Positions 1 to 8,567 of a stretch of DNA of 64,000 bases are shown piece after piece (the first letter of the stretch is position 1; every line of letters begins with the position of its first letter). The notes below the pieces were generated by a model that was not told where the DNA came from, made no database searches, and saw only the letters and a list, made by a program, of their open reading frames with translations. The stretch is taken from the NCBI GenBank assembly GCA_052389635.1, contig JBQTHS010000095.1, positions 9 through 64,008 on the forward strand, written 5' to 3'. Source of the DNA: Bacteroidota bacterium (lineage in GTDB: Bacteria; Bacteroidota; Bacteroidia; Chitinophagales; Chitinophagaceae). The position numbers and the translations under genes were made by a program.

Positions 1-1
1 C

Positions 2-292
2 ATCATCACCCAAAACGTAAAAGAAAAAGAGGAGAGACTCCTTAACCTTGCCTACAGTTCGCTCAGGAAAAGAGTAGCCAAAGCGCTGGTGGATATCCAC
101 ACCAAATTCAATGCGGAGAATGTGAACAAACCCCTGGAAATCTCAAGAGAAGATTTTGCACACTATGTAGGCACAGCCACTGAATCTTTGATCAGGACAC
201 TTAGTGATTTTAAATCAGAAAAGCTGATTGAAATAAAGGAGGGTAAAATCTCCGTGGTGAATATGGATAAACTCAGGAACCTCCTTTATTAA
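2..292 (+). CDS. CRP/FNR-family transcriptional regulator, C-terminal HTH part (5' truncated by the window edge)
   Basis: The frame is open from base 2 (IITQNVKEKEERLLNLAYSSLRKRVAKALVDI...). It contains the CRP-type HTH ISREDFAHYVGTATESLIRTLSDFK. Confidence 0.9.
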   Translation: MITQNVKEKEERLLNLAYSSLRKRVAKALVDIHTKFNAENVNKPLEISREDFAHYVGTATESLIRTLSDFKSEKLIEIKEGKISVVNMDKLRNLLY

Positions 293-295
293 AAT

Positions 296-327
296 AAAAA
301 CCCCCGCCGGCAACTGAAAGGCGGGGG
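296..327 (-). terminator. Intrinsic terminator between the convergent regulator and Hsp20 genes
   Basis: CCCCCGCC (301-308) pairs with GGCGGGGG (320-327). The A-run at 296-300 gives a U-tail on the minus strand. Confidence 0.7.
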
Positions 328-349
328 CTGTGCTTCCGCACTCATCCCA

Positions 350-808
350 TTAGTTCACAGAGATGCTTTTTACTTTTTTCGGCTCCTTCACTTCCACTTT
401 GGGAACAGCTATCTTTAGTTCCCCGTTTTTGTACTCTGCATCAATTTTGGAGTAATCACAGTTTTCAGGAAGTGTGAAACTGCGGCTCCAGCTGCTGTAG
501 TTGTACTCCCGGCGGTTGAACCGGCCATTCTGTTCTTCCTTTTGCTCCCTTTCATGCTCTGCACTAATGGTTAGCATGTCATCATATGCTTCCACTTTAA
601 AATCCTTTCTTTCCAGCCCGGGGGCAGCAATGCTGAGGCGGAAATCCTTGTCTGTTTCGGATACGTTTACCGCGGGTACGTTTATCACTTTACTGTAATT
701 AAAAAATTCATCCAATGGTGCGTTGAAGAATTTGTCCATCCACCCACTTTCAAAAAAAGAGGGCCGGGAAGTTCTGGGTTTGTCCAATGCTTTGTTTTCC
801 ATATTCAT
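350..808 (-). CDS. Hsp20/alpha-crystallin small heat shock protein
   Basis: Motifs PAVNVSETDKDFRLSIAAPGL, SFTLP and AEYKNGELKI. The start was moved from 868 to ATG 808 (802 is also possible). Confidence 0.92.
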   Translation of the reverse strand: MNMENKALDKPRTSRPSFFESGWMDKFFNAPLDEFFNYSKVINVPAVNVSETDKDFRLSIAAPGLERKDFKVEAYDDMLTISAEHEREQKEEQNGRFNRREYNYSSWSRSFTLPENCDYSKIDAEYKNGELKIAVPKVEVKEPKKVKSISVN

Positions 809-889
809 ATGTTTTATTGGTTGAAATATCAGCAAAAGCAAGGTCGCCTGTTTTCCTGCTGCCAACAATGAGACATATAAGCAGAAGAG

Positions 890-903
890 CTGATTTTTAT
901 CAG
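890..903. promoter_or_regulatory. FNR/CRP-type palindrome CTGAT-TTTT-ATCAG
   Basis: Perfect TGAT-N4-ATCA arms upstream of the first Hsp20, about 0.6 kb from a CRP/FNR gene. Confidence 0.6.
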
Positions 904-920
904 CGATTTGTGAAAAAGCT

Positions 921-1340
921 TTAATGATCAGCGTCCCGGTTCAGGTCATACTCATCCGGCGCTTCTCCTTTTGTTTTCCCTGTTGATATCTCCCGGCCAT
1001 GTTCATTTTGCTGTTGCAGGGTCCAGTTGTCGGTCATTGTCGTCTCCAGCCACAGGTTACCGGATTTACGGAATACCTGTATGGCCAGGCTGAACTGTTC
1101 TTTAAAAAGATTTTCGAGTTCATTTACTTTCATCTCTTCCATGATTTCAATGTCTCCGTCAGTGATCTGCGCCTGGCTGTCGCCTATCTTCCGGTTTTGC
1201 GGGATGATTTGCTGTGCGGAGAATCCGGAACGCTGCATCAGCCTGTTATTAAAGAACTCAATCTTCAAAAAAGGAAACAGCCGGTTGAACTCTTTTTGGA
1301 CTTCACTGATAAGACGGTTAGGCGCAATGTGCAGGTGCAT
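921..1340 (-). CDS. Hypothetical protein, about 139 aa
   Basis: Uninterrupted ORF between two co-oriented Hsp20 genes. Likely start MHLHI at 1340, 11 bp after the upstream stop. Confidence 0.75.
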   Translation of the reverse strand: MHLHIAPNRLISEVQKEFNRLFPFLKIEFFNNRLMQRSGFSAQQIIPQNRKIGDSQAQITDGDIEIMEEMKVNELENLFKEQFSLAIQVFRKSGNLWLETTMTDNWTLQQQNEHGREISTGKTKGEAPDEYDLNRDADH

Positions 1341-1350
1341 GGTAATCGGG

Positions 1351-1779
1351 TTAGTAAACATAAATGGTAATTTTTTCACAGGAACCACTTTTGGCATCCC
1401 TGGGAATACGGATGATCAATTCACCGTTCCTGTATTCTGCATGGGCCAGCAGGGCTTCTGCATCGGGGGGCAGGCTGAATGCTCTTGTCCAGTCGGTGTA
1501 ATTATATTCACAGCGATCATTCACAGCATCTGCCGGAAAAATTTCTTTTTGGGCCGATATGGTAATGACAGATTGGTTTATTTCAATACAGAAATCATCC
1601 CGGTGAAGTCCGGGCGCCGCCATCACGACAAGATATTCAGTCGCCGTTTCAGATATATTGACCGCTGGCATCAGCAGCGCCGGGTCGATCATATTCTTTT
1701 CATCTTCAATTTCTTTGAAGTGAAGAACCTCAACTTTTCCTGCCGGAATATACCTGTTACAGGCTGTCCCTGGATACAT
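1351..1779 (-). CDS. Second Hsp20/alpha-crystallin family protein
   Basis: Motifs PAVNISETATEYLVVMAAPGL, RAFSLP and AEYRNGELIIRIP. Confidence 0.88.
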   Translation of the reverse strand: MYPGTACNRYIPAGKVEVLHFKEIEDEKNMIDPALLMPAVNISETATEYLVVMAAPGLHRDDFCIEINQSVITISAQKEIFPADAVNDRCEYNYTDWTRAFSLPPDAEALLAHAEYRNGELIIRIPRDAKSGSCEKITIYVY

Positions 1780-1851
1780 ACGGGATTGTTTTATCTAACG
1801 AAAATCGGGTGCAGCGCCGGCGATTAAAATGATATATTGCAGCTAAATTGA

Positions 1852-1863
1852 TGATTTATATCA
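1852..1863. promoter_or_regulatory. FNR/CRP-type palindrome TGAT-TTAT-ATCA
   Basis: Lies in the divergent spacer between Hsp20 and the hemerythrin-like gene. Same geometry as the box at 891-902. Confidence 0.55.
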
Positions 1864-1945
1864 GCCCAGGTGAACTGAGTGGGGTCATCGCTGAAACTGT
1901 TTAAAGTCAGAATCGATTTGCTTGATAACAGGCTAATTTTGGTAC

Positions 1946-2431
1946 ATGAATGAAATAAAACCAATCAAACGGAGTGTTGAGCTGCAACCCCTGAGCCGTG
2001 AGCATCATGATGGATTATTATATGTATGGAAAATACGTCAGGGGCTTAATAATAATACCGATATCGAAAAGTTAAGGGAATATACCGGTTGGTATTGGAA
2101 AAATCATATCCGGCCACACTTCTTCCAGGAGGAAAAAGTGCTGGCAACCCGAATGCCGGACAACCCGCTGGTGCAGCGGATGAAAAAAGACCATGATTAT
2201 ATCCGGGAACTGATCATAGCAATTGACAAAGATCTGCACCGCCAGGATCTTATCAGGCTTGCTGACCTGATTGAACAGCATATCCGGTTTGAGGAAAGGG
2301 AACTTTTCGGGTACATGGAGGAACACCTGGCGCCAGAAGAGCTTGCTGCGATACATACCCAACTGGAGAAACACCCGGTTTCCTGTGAGGAATGGAAAAA
2401 TGAATTCTGGGTGAAGAAAAAAGTAAGCTGA
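1946..2431 (+). CDS. Hemerythrin-like (HHE) domain protein
   Basis: Motifs LSREHHDGL, HFFQEE, DHDYI and HIRFEERELF. Confidence 0.85.
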   Translation: MNEIKPIKRSVELQPLSREHHDGLLYVWKIRQGLNNNTDIEKLREYTGWYWKNHIRPHFFQEEKVLATRMPDNPLVQRMKKDHDYIRELIIAIDKDLHRQDLIRLADLIEQHIRFEERELFGYMEEHLAPEELAAIHTQLEKHPVSCEEWKNEFWVKKKVS

Positions 2432-2818
2432 TCAGTCCTCAAAAAAATCTTCCATATCCCTTCTCTCCTTTTTGGTGGGGCGGCCAATTTTGCTTCTGCG
2501 TTTGCCGGTATGGAAACTTGCCGCCTGGTATTGCAGTCTTTGTATCTCTTCTTTGGGGGTAATATCAGTATAATGTTTAATGGCTTCGGATGCCGCCACT
2601 CTTTTTCCCAGCAGGCCCGATACTTTTATCCGCCAGCGTTTAGCTTCAGTTTTCACTTCATACTCATCGCCCACATTTACATTTTTGGATGCCCTGGCCT
2701 GCGAACCCGCAAACTTCACCTTACCCATATCGCAGGCAGCAGCGGCCATAGTTCTGGTTTTAAAAAGACGGATGGCCCAGAGGTATTTGTCCAGCCGCAT
2801 TTTTTCTTTTTCTGCCAT
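2432..2818 (-). CDS. hslR: S4-domain RNA-binding protein (Hsp15/HslR-like)
   Basis: Motifs MRLDKYLWAIRLFKTRTMA and GRPTKKERR. Confidence 0.88.
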   Translation of the reverse strand: MAEKEKMRLDKYLWAIRLFKTRTMAAAACDMGKVKFAGSQARASKNVNVGDEYEVKTEAKRWRIKVSGLLGKRVAASEAIKHYTDITPKEEIQRLQYQAASFHTGKRRSKIGRPTKKERRDMEDFFED

Positions 2819-2883
2819 TTGTGTAATAAAACAGGGGGGGTGAGTTTATATTTTACCTACTTTACCAAAGCAAAACTAAGCGT

Positions 2884-5124
2884 ATGAAAACAGTTCCTTC
2901 AAGACTTTTTTTGATCATCTTTATTTACTTGCTGCCCATTCTTGTTTATTCGCAGGGGGGAGTGACCTGGAGTGCAGACGGCAACGCTTATTACAGGAAT
3001 GAGGGCGGTGAAATCGTAGAATACCAGTTACCCGGGAATGAAAAAAAAGTGCTGGTAAAAAAGGAGAACCTGAAGCATGCAGGCGCTGAAAAACCACTGA
3101 CCATACGAAGTTTCAAATTCTCTTCTGATTACAAAAAAACACTCATCTACACCAATACCAAAAAAGTATGGAGGCTTGACACACGGGGTGATTACTGGCT
3201 GTATGATATGAGTAACAGCAAACTGAAACAACTTGGCAAGGGCCGTCCTGTCTCCTCACTCATGTTTGCAAAATTTTCCCCGGATGGGAAAAAAGTGGCT
3301 TATGTAAGCGGGTATAACCTCTATGTAGAGGACCTGGCAAGCGGAGCTGTAAAAACACTGACGAAAAACGGTAACCGCAAACTGATCAACGGTACATTTG
3401 ACTGGGTGTATGAAGAAGAATTCTTTTGCCGGGATGGCTTTCGCTGGAGTCCCGACAGTAAGGCAATCGCTTTTTGGCAGATTGATGCGCAGGGTACAAA
3501 GGATTACCTGATGATCAATAATACCGATTCAATTTACCCGCAGGCAGTACCGGTTGAATACCCGGTAGCGGGTGAACCCCCTTCAAAATATAAGATCGGG
3601 GTGATTGATATCGCTACCGGCAAAACCAGCTGGATGAAAATCCCCGATGATGGAGTGTGGAGAACTTATGTACCCAGAATGGAATGGGCTTCCGGCAACA
3701 GCGAACTGATCATTCAGCACCTGAACCGCAAACAAAATGAAAGCACTCTGTTGCTTTGCGATGTAAAGACCGGGCTGTCCAGAACGATTTACAAAGAAAA
3801 AGATGAGGCGTGGATTGATATACTTCCTTCTTGGGACCAGGACTATGTAAACGGCGGGTGGGACTGGCTGGACAACGGGCAGGAATTTTTATGGGCAAGT
3901 GAAAAAGACGGATGGCGGCACCTCTACCGCATCAGCAGGGACGGGAAAAAGGAAACGCTTATCACCAACGGGAAATATGATGTGATGGACATCAGCACCA
4001 TTGATGAAAAAGGGGGCTACGTTTATTTTCATGCTTCGCCGGATAATGCCACACAGAAATACCTGTGCCGTACAAAATTAGACGGCACAGGTTCTCTCGA
4101 AATGATATCACCTTCTCATCAAAAGGGAACACATGCATACCGCCTTTCACCGAATGCGAAATTTGCACAGCATAATTTCTCAAATTACTTTACCAAACCT
4201 GTAAGCGAATGGATAACACTGCCCGATCATAAAGGAATAAACGGTGAGAATAAGGTAAACGATACGCTGGCCAAATCTGATAAATCAAAATCAAACATTG
4301 AGTTTTTCAAAGTAAAAACGGAGGAAGGCGTGGAGATGGATGCCTGGATGGTAAAGCCGGCCAGCTTTGATCCTGCCAAAAAATACCCGGTTGTATTTTA
4401 TGTATATACAGAACCATGGGGACAAAACGTAACAGATGCCTACGGTACTGCCGATAATTTTTTGTACAAAGGCGATATGAGCAAGGATGGCTATATCTAT
4501 ATTTCTATTGATAACCGCGGCACACCGGTACCCAAAGGAAGGGAATGGAGAAAAATAGTTTACCGGAAAATCGGACTGGTGAATATAAGGGACCAGGCCC
4601 TGGCGGCAAAAGAGATCCTGAAATGGCCGTATGTGGACAGCAGCCGGGTCGGTGTTTGGGGCTGGAGCGGTGGTGGTTCAGCCACACTCAATCTTATGTT
4701 CCAGTATCCCGGGATCTATAAAACAGGTATTGCTATTGCGCCGGTAGCCAACCAGCTTACCTATGATAATATTTACCAGGAGCGGTATATGGGATTGCCA
4801 CAGGAGAATAAAGAGGATTTTGTAAAAGGCTCGCCCATGACATACGCCAAAAACCTGAAGGGGAAATTACTGTATGTGCATGGCACAGGTGATGATAATG
4901 TGCATTATAACAATGCAGATATGCTGATTAATGAATTGGTCAAGTACGGAAAACAGTTCCAGATGATGTCTTATCCCAACCGGACACATAATATATCGGA
5001 AGGAGAGGGGACCAATGAACATTTATCAGGCCTGTACACAAAATTTTTGAGAGAACATTGCCCTCCAGGGCCGGTTGCCCCGGGCGAGCAACCCAAACCG
5101 GTAGTTCCGGCAAAAGGATTTTAG
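2884..5124 (+). CDS. Secreted S9B dipeptidyl peptidase IV-like serine peptidase
   Basis: Signal peptide, DPP IV N-terminal motifs (DWVYEEE), GWSGGG nucleophile, and catalytic Asp/His segments GTGDDNVH and RTHNI. Confidence 0.92.
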   Translation: MKTVPSRLFLIIFIYLLPILVYSQGGVTWSADGNAYYRNEGGEIVEYQLPGNEKKVLVKKENLKHAGAEKPLTIRSFKFSSDYKKTLIYTNTKKVWRLDTRGDYWLYDMSNSKLKQLGKGRPVSSLMFAKFSPDGKKVAYVSGYNLYVEDLASGAVKTLTKNGNRKLINGTFDWVYEEEFFCRDGFRWSPDSKAIAFWQIDAQGTKDYLMINNTDSIYPQAVPVEYPVAGEPPSKYKIGVIDIATGKTSWMKIPDDGVWRTYVPRMEWASGNSELIIQHLNRKQNESTLLLCDVKTGLSRTIYKEKDEAWIDILPSWDQDYVNGGWDWLDNGQEFLWASEKDGWRHLYRISRDGKKETLITNGKYDVMDISTIDEKGGYVYFHASPDNATQKYLCRTKLDGTGSLEMISPSHQKGTHAYRLSPNAKFAQHNFSNYFTKPVSEWITLPDHKGINGENKVNDTLAKSDKSKSNIEFFKVKTEEGVEMDAWMVKPASFDPAKKYPVVFYVYTEPWGQNVTDAYGTADNFLYKGDMSKDGYIYISIDNRGTPVPKGREWRKIVYRKIGLVNIRDQALAAKEILKWPYVDSSRVGVWGWSGGGSATLNLMFQYPGIYKTGIAIAPVANQLTYDNIYQERYMGLPQENKEDFVKGSPMTYAKNLKGKLLYVHGTGDDNVHYNNADMLINELVKYGKQFQMMSYPNRTHNISEGEGTNEHLSGLYTKFLREHCPPGPVAPGEQPKPVVPAKGF

Positions 5125-5131
5125 CAACTTT

Positions 5132-5291
5132 CCCCTGAACTTCGTTCGTTCCCCTTCAGGGAACCCCGAAGGTGGGGCTTTGGAGCCTCAAAGTAAAAAC
5201 CCCGCTATAGTTGGCGAGGTTTGCTTTTTCCACTGAAAGGGAAATATCAAAATTTCAGACCCGAGAACACTCCTTTTGGGGACAGGGAGGT
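5132..5291. repeat. Pair of C/G-rich hairpin repeats between convergent genes, with a possible terminator at about 5196-5222
   Basis: CCCCT...AACCCCGAAGGTGGGGCTTT (5132-5181) follows the peptidase stop. The minus-strand ACCTCCCTGTCCCCAAAAGGAGTG (5268-5291) follows the dipeptidase stop. Both resemble the motifs at 43463, 44774, 53061 and 56801. Confidence 0.6.
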
Positions 5292-5292
5292 C

Positions 5293-6660
5293 TTACATCT
5301 CAGCAAAATATTTATGGAAATAGGGAATAGTCTCAATGCCTTTATAATAATTTTCAATATTATACTTTTCATTCGGGCTGTGCAGGTTATCATTGTCCAG
5401 TCCAAAGCCCATGAAAATAATTTTAATGCCCAGCTCTCTTTCAAGTATGGAGCAGATAGGGATGCTGCCTCCGCCGCGAACAGGAATGGGCTGTTTGCCA
5501 AAAGTTTCTTTCACAGCTTTTTCTGCAGCGAGGTAGCCCTTACTGTCAATGGGCGTCATATACGGTTCGCCGCCGTGGTGCTCAAATGCTTTTACTGTAA
5601 CACCCTTTGGCGCTATGGAATTAAAATATTTCAGCAGCTTCTTTGTTATTTTTTGGGAAGACTGGTTGGGTACTAAACGGGCTGAAATTTTTGCAGTTGC
5701 TTTGGAAGGCAATACTGTTTTGGCCCCTTCTCCGGTATAGCCCCCCCAGATGCCGTTTACTTCAATGGTGGGCCGGATGCCGGTTCTTTCATAAGTGGTA
5801 TAGCCTTTTTCGCCCCAGAGTTCTTTTACACCCAGGTCTTTTTTATATTCTTTTCCTCTGTAAGGAGCTTTATTGATCAGTTCTCTTTCTTTTTTTCCTG
5901 CCTTCACCACATCATCATAAAAACCGGGGATAGTAATATGATTATTTTTATCATGGCAGGAAGCGATCATTTTGGCAAGAATCGTAATAGGATTGGCAAC
6001 TGCCCCGCCGTAAGTACCGCTGTGCAGGTCTCTGTTGGCTGCGGTTACTTCCACTTCAATATAGCTCAGACCCCGTACACCTGTATCCAATGAAGGATTT
6101 TTCATGCTCAGCATAGAGCTGTCGCTGATAAGGATTACATCAGCTTTCAGTAACTGTTTGTTGGCAGCAACAAATTTTCCCAGGTTAGGTGAGCCCACTT
6201 CTTCTTCTCCTTCTATAAGGAATTTGATATTAGTGCTCATCGTGTTGGTCTTTGTCAGAATCTCCAGCGCTTTTACATGCATGTAAAACTGTCCTTTGTC
6301 ATCGGCGCTGCCGCGGGCAAAAACTTTTCCATCAACTATAGCGGGTTCAAAAGGAGGGTTGGTCCAGAGTTCCAGGGGTTCCGGCGGTTGTACATCGTAA
6401 TGGCCATATACAAGCACGGTGGGTTTGGAAGGGTCAATTAGTTTTTCTCCAAACACAGCCGGATGCCCTTCTGTCGGCATTACTTCTGCCCTGTCGCAAC
6501 CGGCTTCCAGCAGGCTTTTCTTCACGGCCCCGGCGCATCGCTGCATATCGGCTTTGTGTTCGCTTTTGGCGCTGACAGACGGGATGCGGAGCAGGTCCAG
6601 CATTTCATTCAGAAAACGGTCTTTGTTTTTCTCCTGGTAGTCTTTCCAAACTTGTGACAT
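5293..6660 (-). CDS. M20-family metallo-dipeptidase
   Basis: Motifs HYDVQP, RGSADDKGQ, EGEEEVGS and HSPNE. Confidence 0.92.
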   Translation of the reverse strand: MSQVWKDYQEKNKDRFLNEMLDLLRIPSVSAKSEHKADMQRCAGAVKKSLLEAGCDRAEVMPTEGHPAVFGEKLIDPSKPTVLVYGHYDVQPPEPLELWTNPPFEPAIVDGKVFARGSADDKGQFYMHVKALEILTKTNTMSTNIKFLIEGEEEVGSPNLGKFVAANKQLLKADVILISDSSMLSMKNPSLDTGVRGLSYIEVEVTAANRDLHSGTYGGAVANPITILAKMIASCHDKNNHITIPGFYDDVVKAGKKERELINKAPYRGKEYKKDLGVKELWGEKGYTTYERTGIRPTIEVNGIWGGYTGEGAKTVLPSKATAKISARLVPNQSSQKITKKLLKYFNSIAPKGVTVKAFEHHGGEPYMTPIDSKGYLAAEKAVKETFGKQPIPVRGGGSIPICSILERELGIKIIFMGFGLDNDNLHSPNEKYNIENYYKGIETIPYFHKYFAEM

Positions 6661-6671
6661 AGTATTTTTTT

Positions 6672-6703
6672 AATTGGGTGACTGGTTGATTGGTTAATTG
6701 GTA
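6672..6703. repeat. Degenerate 8-bp tandem array
   Basis: AATTGGGT GACTGGTT GATTGGTT AATTGGTA, just upstream of the dipeptidase start. Confidence 0.65.
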
Positions 6704-6731
6704 AGGGAAAACGAAGATAAGAAGGATGAAA

Positions 6732-7901
6732 TTATTCAGGTTCTTCTGATTTGGGTCTTGAAACAACTGCTTTGGTCACCAGTTTGCTGCCAAACCTTTC
6801 TTTGATGTCATCCACCGCTTTATAAAGATTGAGCTTTTCCATATTGTTTTCAAACAAACTCATCTGCATGGTAATGGGTATCATGTGGCTGAAGCGGACA
6901 CCCAACAACCGGACTGGTCTTCCTTTCTGGTGTGTTTTGCTGAACAAATCTTTTACTTTGGCGATTAATACATCGTCCAAAGCTGTATAATCCACTGTTT
7001 CCTGCCTGGAGGTGGTTTCAAAATCGGAGTAACGGATTTTCACTGTCACGCAGCCCGTCATCTTTTCATCTTCTCTTAATGAATACGCCGTTTTTTCCGT
7101 AAGCCTCACTAATTCTTTATGCAGGAAATCAATATCGGTATAATCGGTATCAAAAGTGTTTTCATGGCTCTTGCTTTTTTGTTCCCAGTCAGTTGCAATT
7201 TCCACGCTACCCCTTCCGTGAGCTTTATGCCATAATGCTTCTCCCCATTTACCTGCAATTTTTTCAAGATGCTCAACAGGGGTTTTGGCAATGTCTTCAA
7301 TAGTGTAAATGCCAAAACTTTTCAGGTGCTGTTCGGTTTGTTTTCCTACACCGTTTATTTTTTCAATGCCGAGCGGCCAGAGAAATTCAATTTCTTTTCC
7401 ATGGGGGATTTCCAAAAAACCATTGGGTTTTGCTTCATTGGTAGCCATTTTACTGATGAAGCGGGCAGAAGAAAGCCCGCAGGAAATAGGCAGGCCGGTT
7501 TCATCAATGATATGCTGGCGCAATTCTCTGGCATATTTACTTACACCGAAGAATTTATCCATGCCGGTAAGGTCAATATAGAACTCATCAATACTTGCTT
7601 TTTCAAACAGGGGCACTTTTGAAGAAATTATTTCAGTCACCCATCTTGAATACTTGCTGTAATCACCACGGCTGGCATTGGTAACTATCACCTGCGGGCA
7701 AAGCTGCAGCGCTTTCTTCATCGGCATGGCCGAATGGATGCCGAATTTCCTTGCTTCATAGCTGCAGGCCGCCACCACGCCTCTTTCATAACCGCCCACC
7801 ACAACAGGTTTGCCTTTCAGGTCAGGATTGTTTCTAATTTCAACTGAAACAAAAAAGGAGTCGAGGTCAAAATGGGCGATATGGTGTTTTGTGTCTGCCA
7901 C
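6732..7901 (-). CDS. dinB: DNA polymerase IV (Y family)
   Basis: Motifs HFDLDSFFVSVE, SIDEFYID and GVGK; GTG start. Confidence 0.95.
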   Translation of the reverse strand: MADTKHHIAHFDLDSFFVSVEIRNNPDLKGKPVVVGGYERGVVAACSYEARKFGIHSAMPMKKALQLCPQVIVTNASRGDYSKYSRWVTEIISSKVPLFEKASIDEFYIDLTGMDKFFGVSKYARELRQHIIDETGLPISCGLSSARFISKMATNEAKPNGFLEIPHGKEIEFLWPLGIEKINGVGKQTEQHLKSFGIYTIEDIAKTPVEHLEKIAGKWGEALWHKAHGRGSVEIATDWEQKSKSHENTFDTDYTDIDFLHKELVRLTEKTAYSLREDEKMTGCVTVKIRYSDFETTSRQETVDYTALDDVLIAKVKDLFSKTHQKGRPVRLLGVRFSHMIPITMQMSLFENNMEKLNLYKAVDDIKERFGSKLVTKAVVSRPKSEEPE

Positions 7902-7926
7902 AGATGAACGCAGATAAACACAGAAA
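7898..7926. repeat. 10-bp-period CACAGAT array, right arm of a pair around rimM
   Basis: CCACAGAT GAACGCAGAT AAACACAGAAA; overlaps the dinB GTG. Confidence 0.75.
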
Positions 7927-7929
7927 GTA

Positions 7930-8448
7930 TTATTGTAAATAAATATCCAGCAATCCTGCCGGTAAAACTACTATCACTTCCTTTTTCTTATGATTAATTT
8001 TTTGCAGGGAACCTTCATGCAAAGGTATCAGTACTTCTTTTCCTTTTATTTCCAGCCGGCAAAGTAACTGGTGCGGTTGTTCTATCAGCTCAAGGATTTC
8101 GCCAAGTTGTTCTTTTTTGTCAATAATCGTATAACCCAAAAGATTTGCCCGAGACGTTTTGGCGGCAAAATTTTTAAAATCAGCTTCAGACAGCCATACC
8201 TTTTTTTGTGAAAGTTTCATGGCTGCTTCTCTTGTGCTTGCGCCTTCCAGTTTTATATAAACTTCGTCTTCGGATTTTATTTTGGCGCTTTCAATAAACC
8301 AGGGAATGAAAAGGTCTTTCTTTTCTTCAATAAAAATCGCCTGCAGGCCTTTCAGGGAAGTTTTTTTTCCTAACTCATGTTTGAGCAGCAGTTCTCCTTT
8401 CAGGCCATGAACGGCAACAAATTTTCCTATGCTAAAATATTCCGGCAT
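7930..8448 (-). CDS. rimM: Ribosome maturation factor RimM
   Basis: Motifs IGKFVAVHGLKGEL and EVLIP; directly downstream of rpsP. Confidence 0.93.
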   Translation of the reverse strand: MPEYFSIGKFVAVHGLKGELLLKHELGKKTSLKGLQAIFIEEKKDLFIPWFIESAKIKSEDEVYIKLEGASTREAAMKLSQKKVWLSEADFKNFAAKTSRANLLGYTIIDKKEQLGEILELIEQPHQLLCRLEIKGKEVLIPLHEGSLQKINHKKKEVIVVLPAGLLDIYLQ

Positions 8449-8456
8449 TGAAGCAA

Positions 8457-8507
8457 AAATCTGTGTAAATCTCCCGAAATTCTTGGGACAAGTTGTGTAA
8501 TCTGTGG
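8457..8507. repeat. ATCTGTG array, left arm of the pair around rimM, interrupted by a 22-bp insert
   Basis: AAATCTGTGT AAATCT[CCCGAAATTCTTGGGACAAGTT]GTGT AATCTGTGG. Removing 8473-8494 restores a regular three-unit array. Confidence 0.75.
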
Positions 8508-8513
8508 CTAAAT

Positions 8514-8541
8514 AAAAAATCCTGGCTACTAAACCAGGATT
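8514..8541 (-). terminator. Intrinsic terminator after rpsP
   Basis: AATCCTGG/CCAGGATT stem; the adjacent A-run gives a U-tail on the minus strand. Confidence 0.65.
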
Positions 8542-8567
8542 CAGAACTTTCAGGATGCGGGATTTAT

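Noticed and set aside
1027-1827. 266-aa plus-strand ORF
   Set aside because: It is the antisense shadow of the Hsp20 and hypothetical genes, with no recognisable motifs. The same applies to most short overlapping ORFs in the track, such as 5221-5676, 30084-30752 and 57765-58406.
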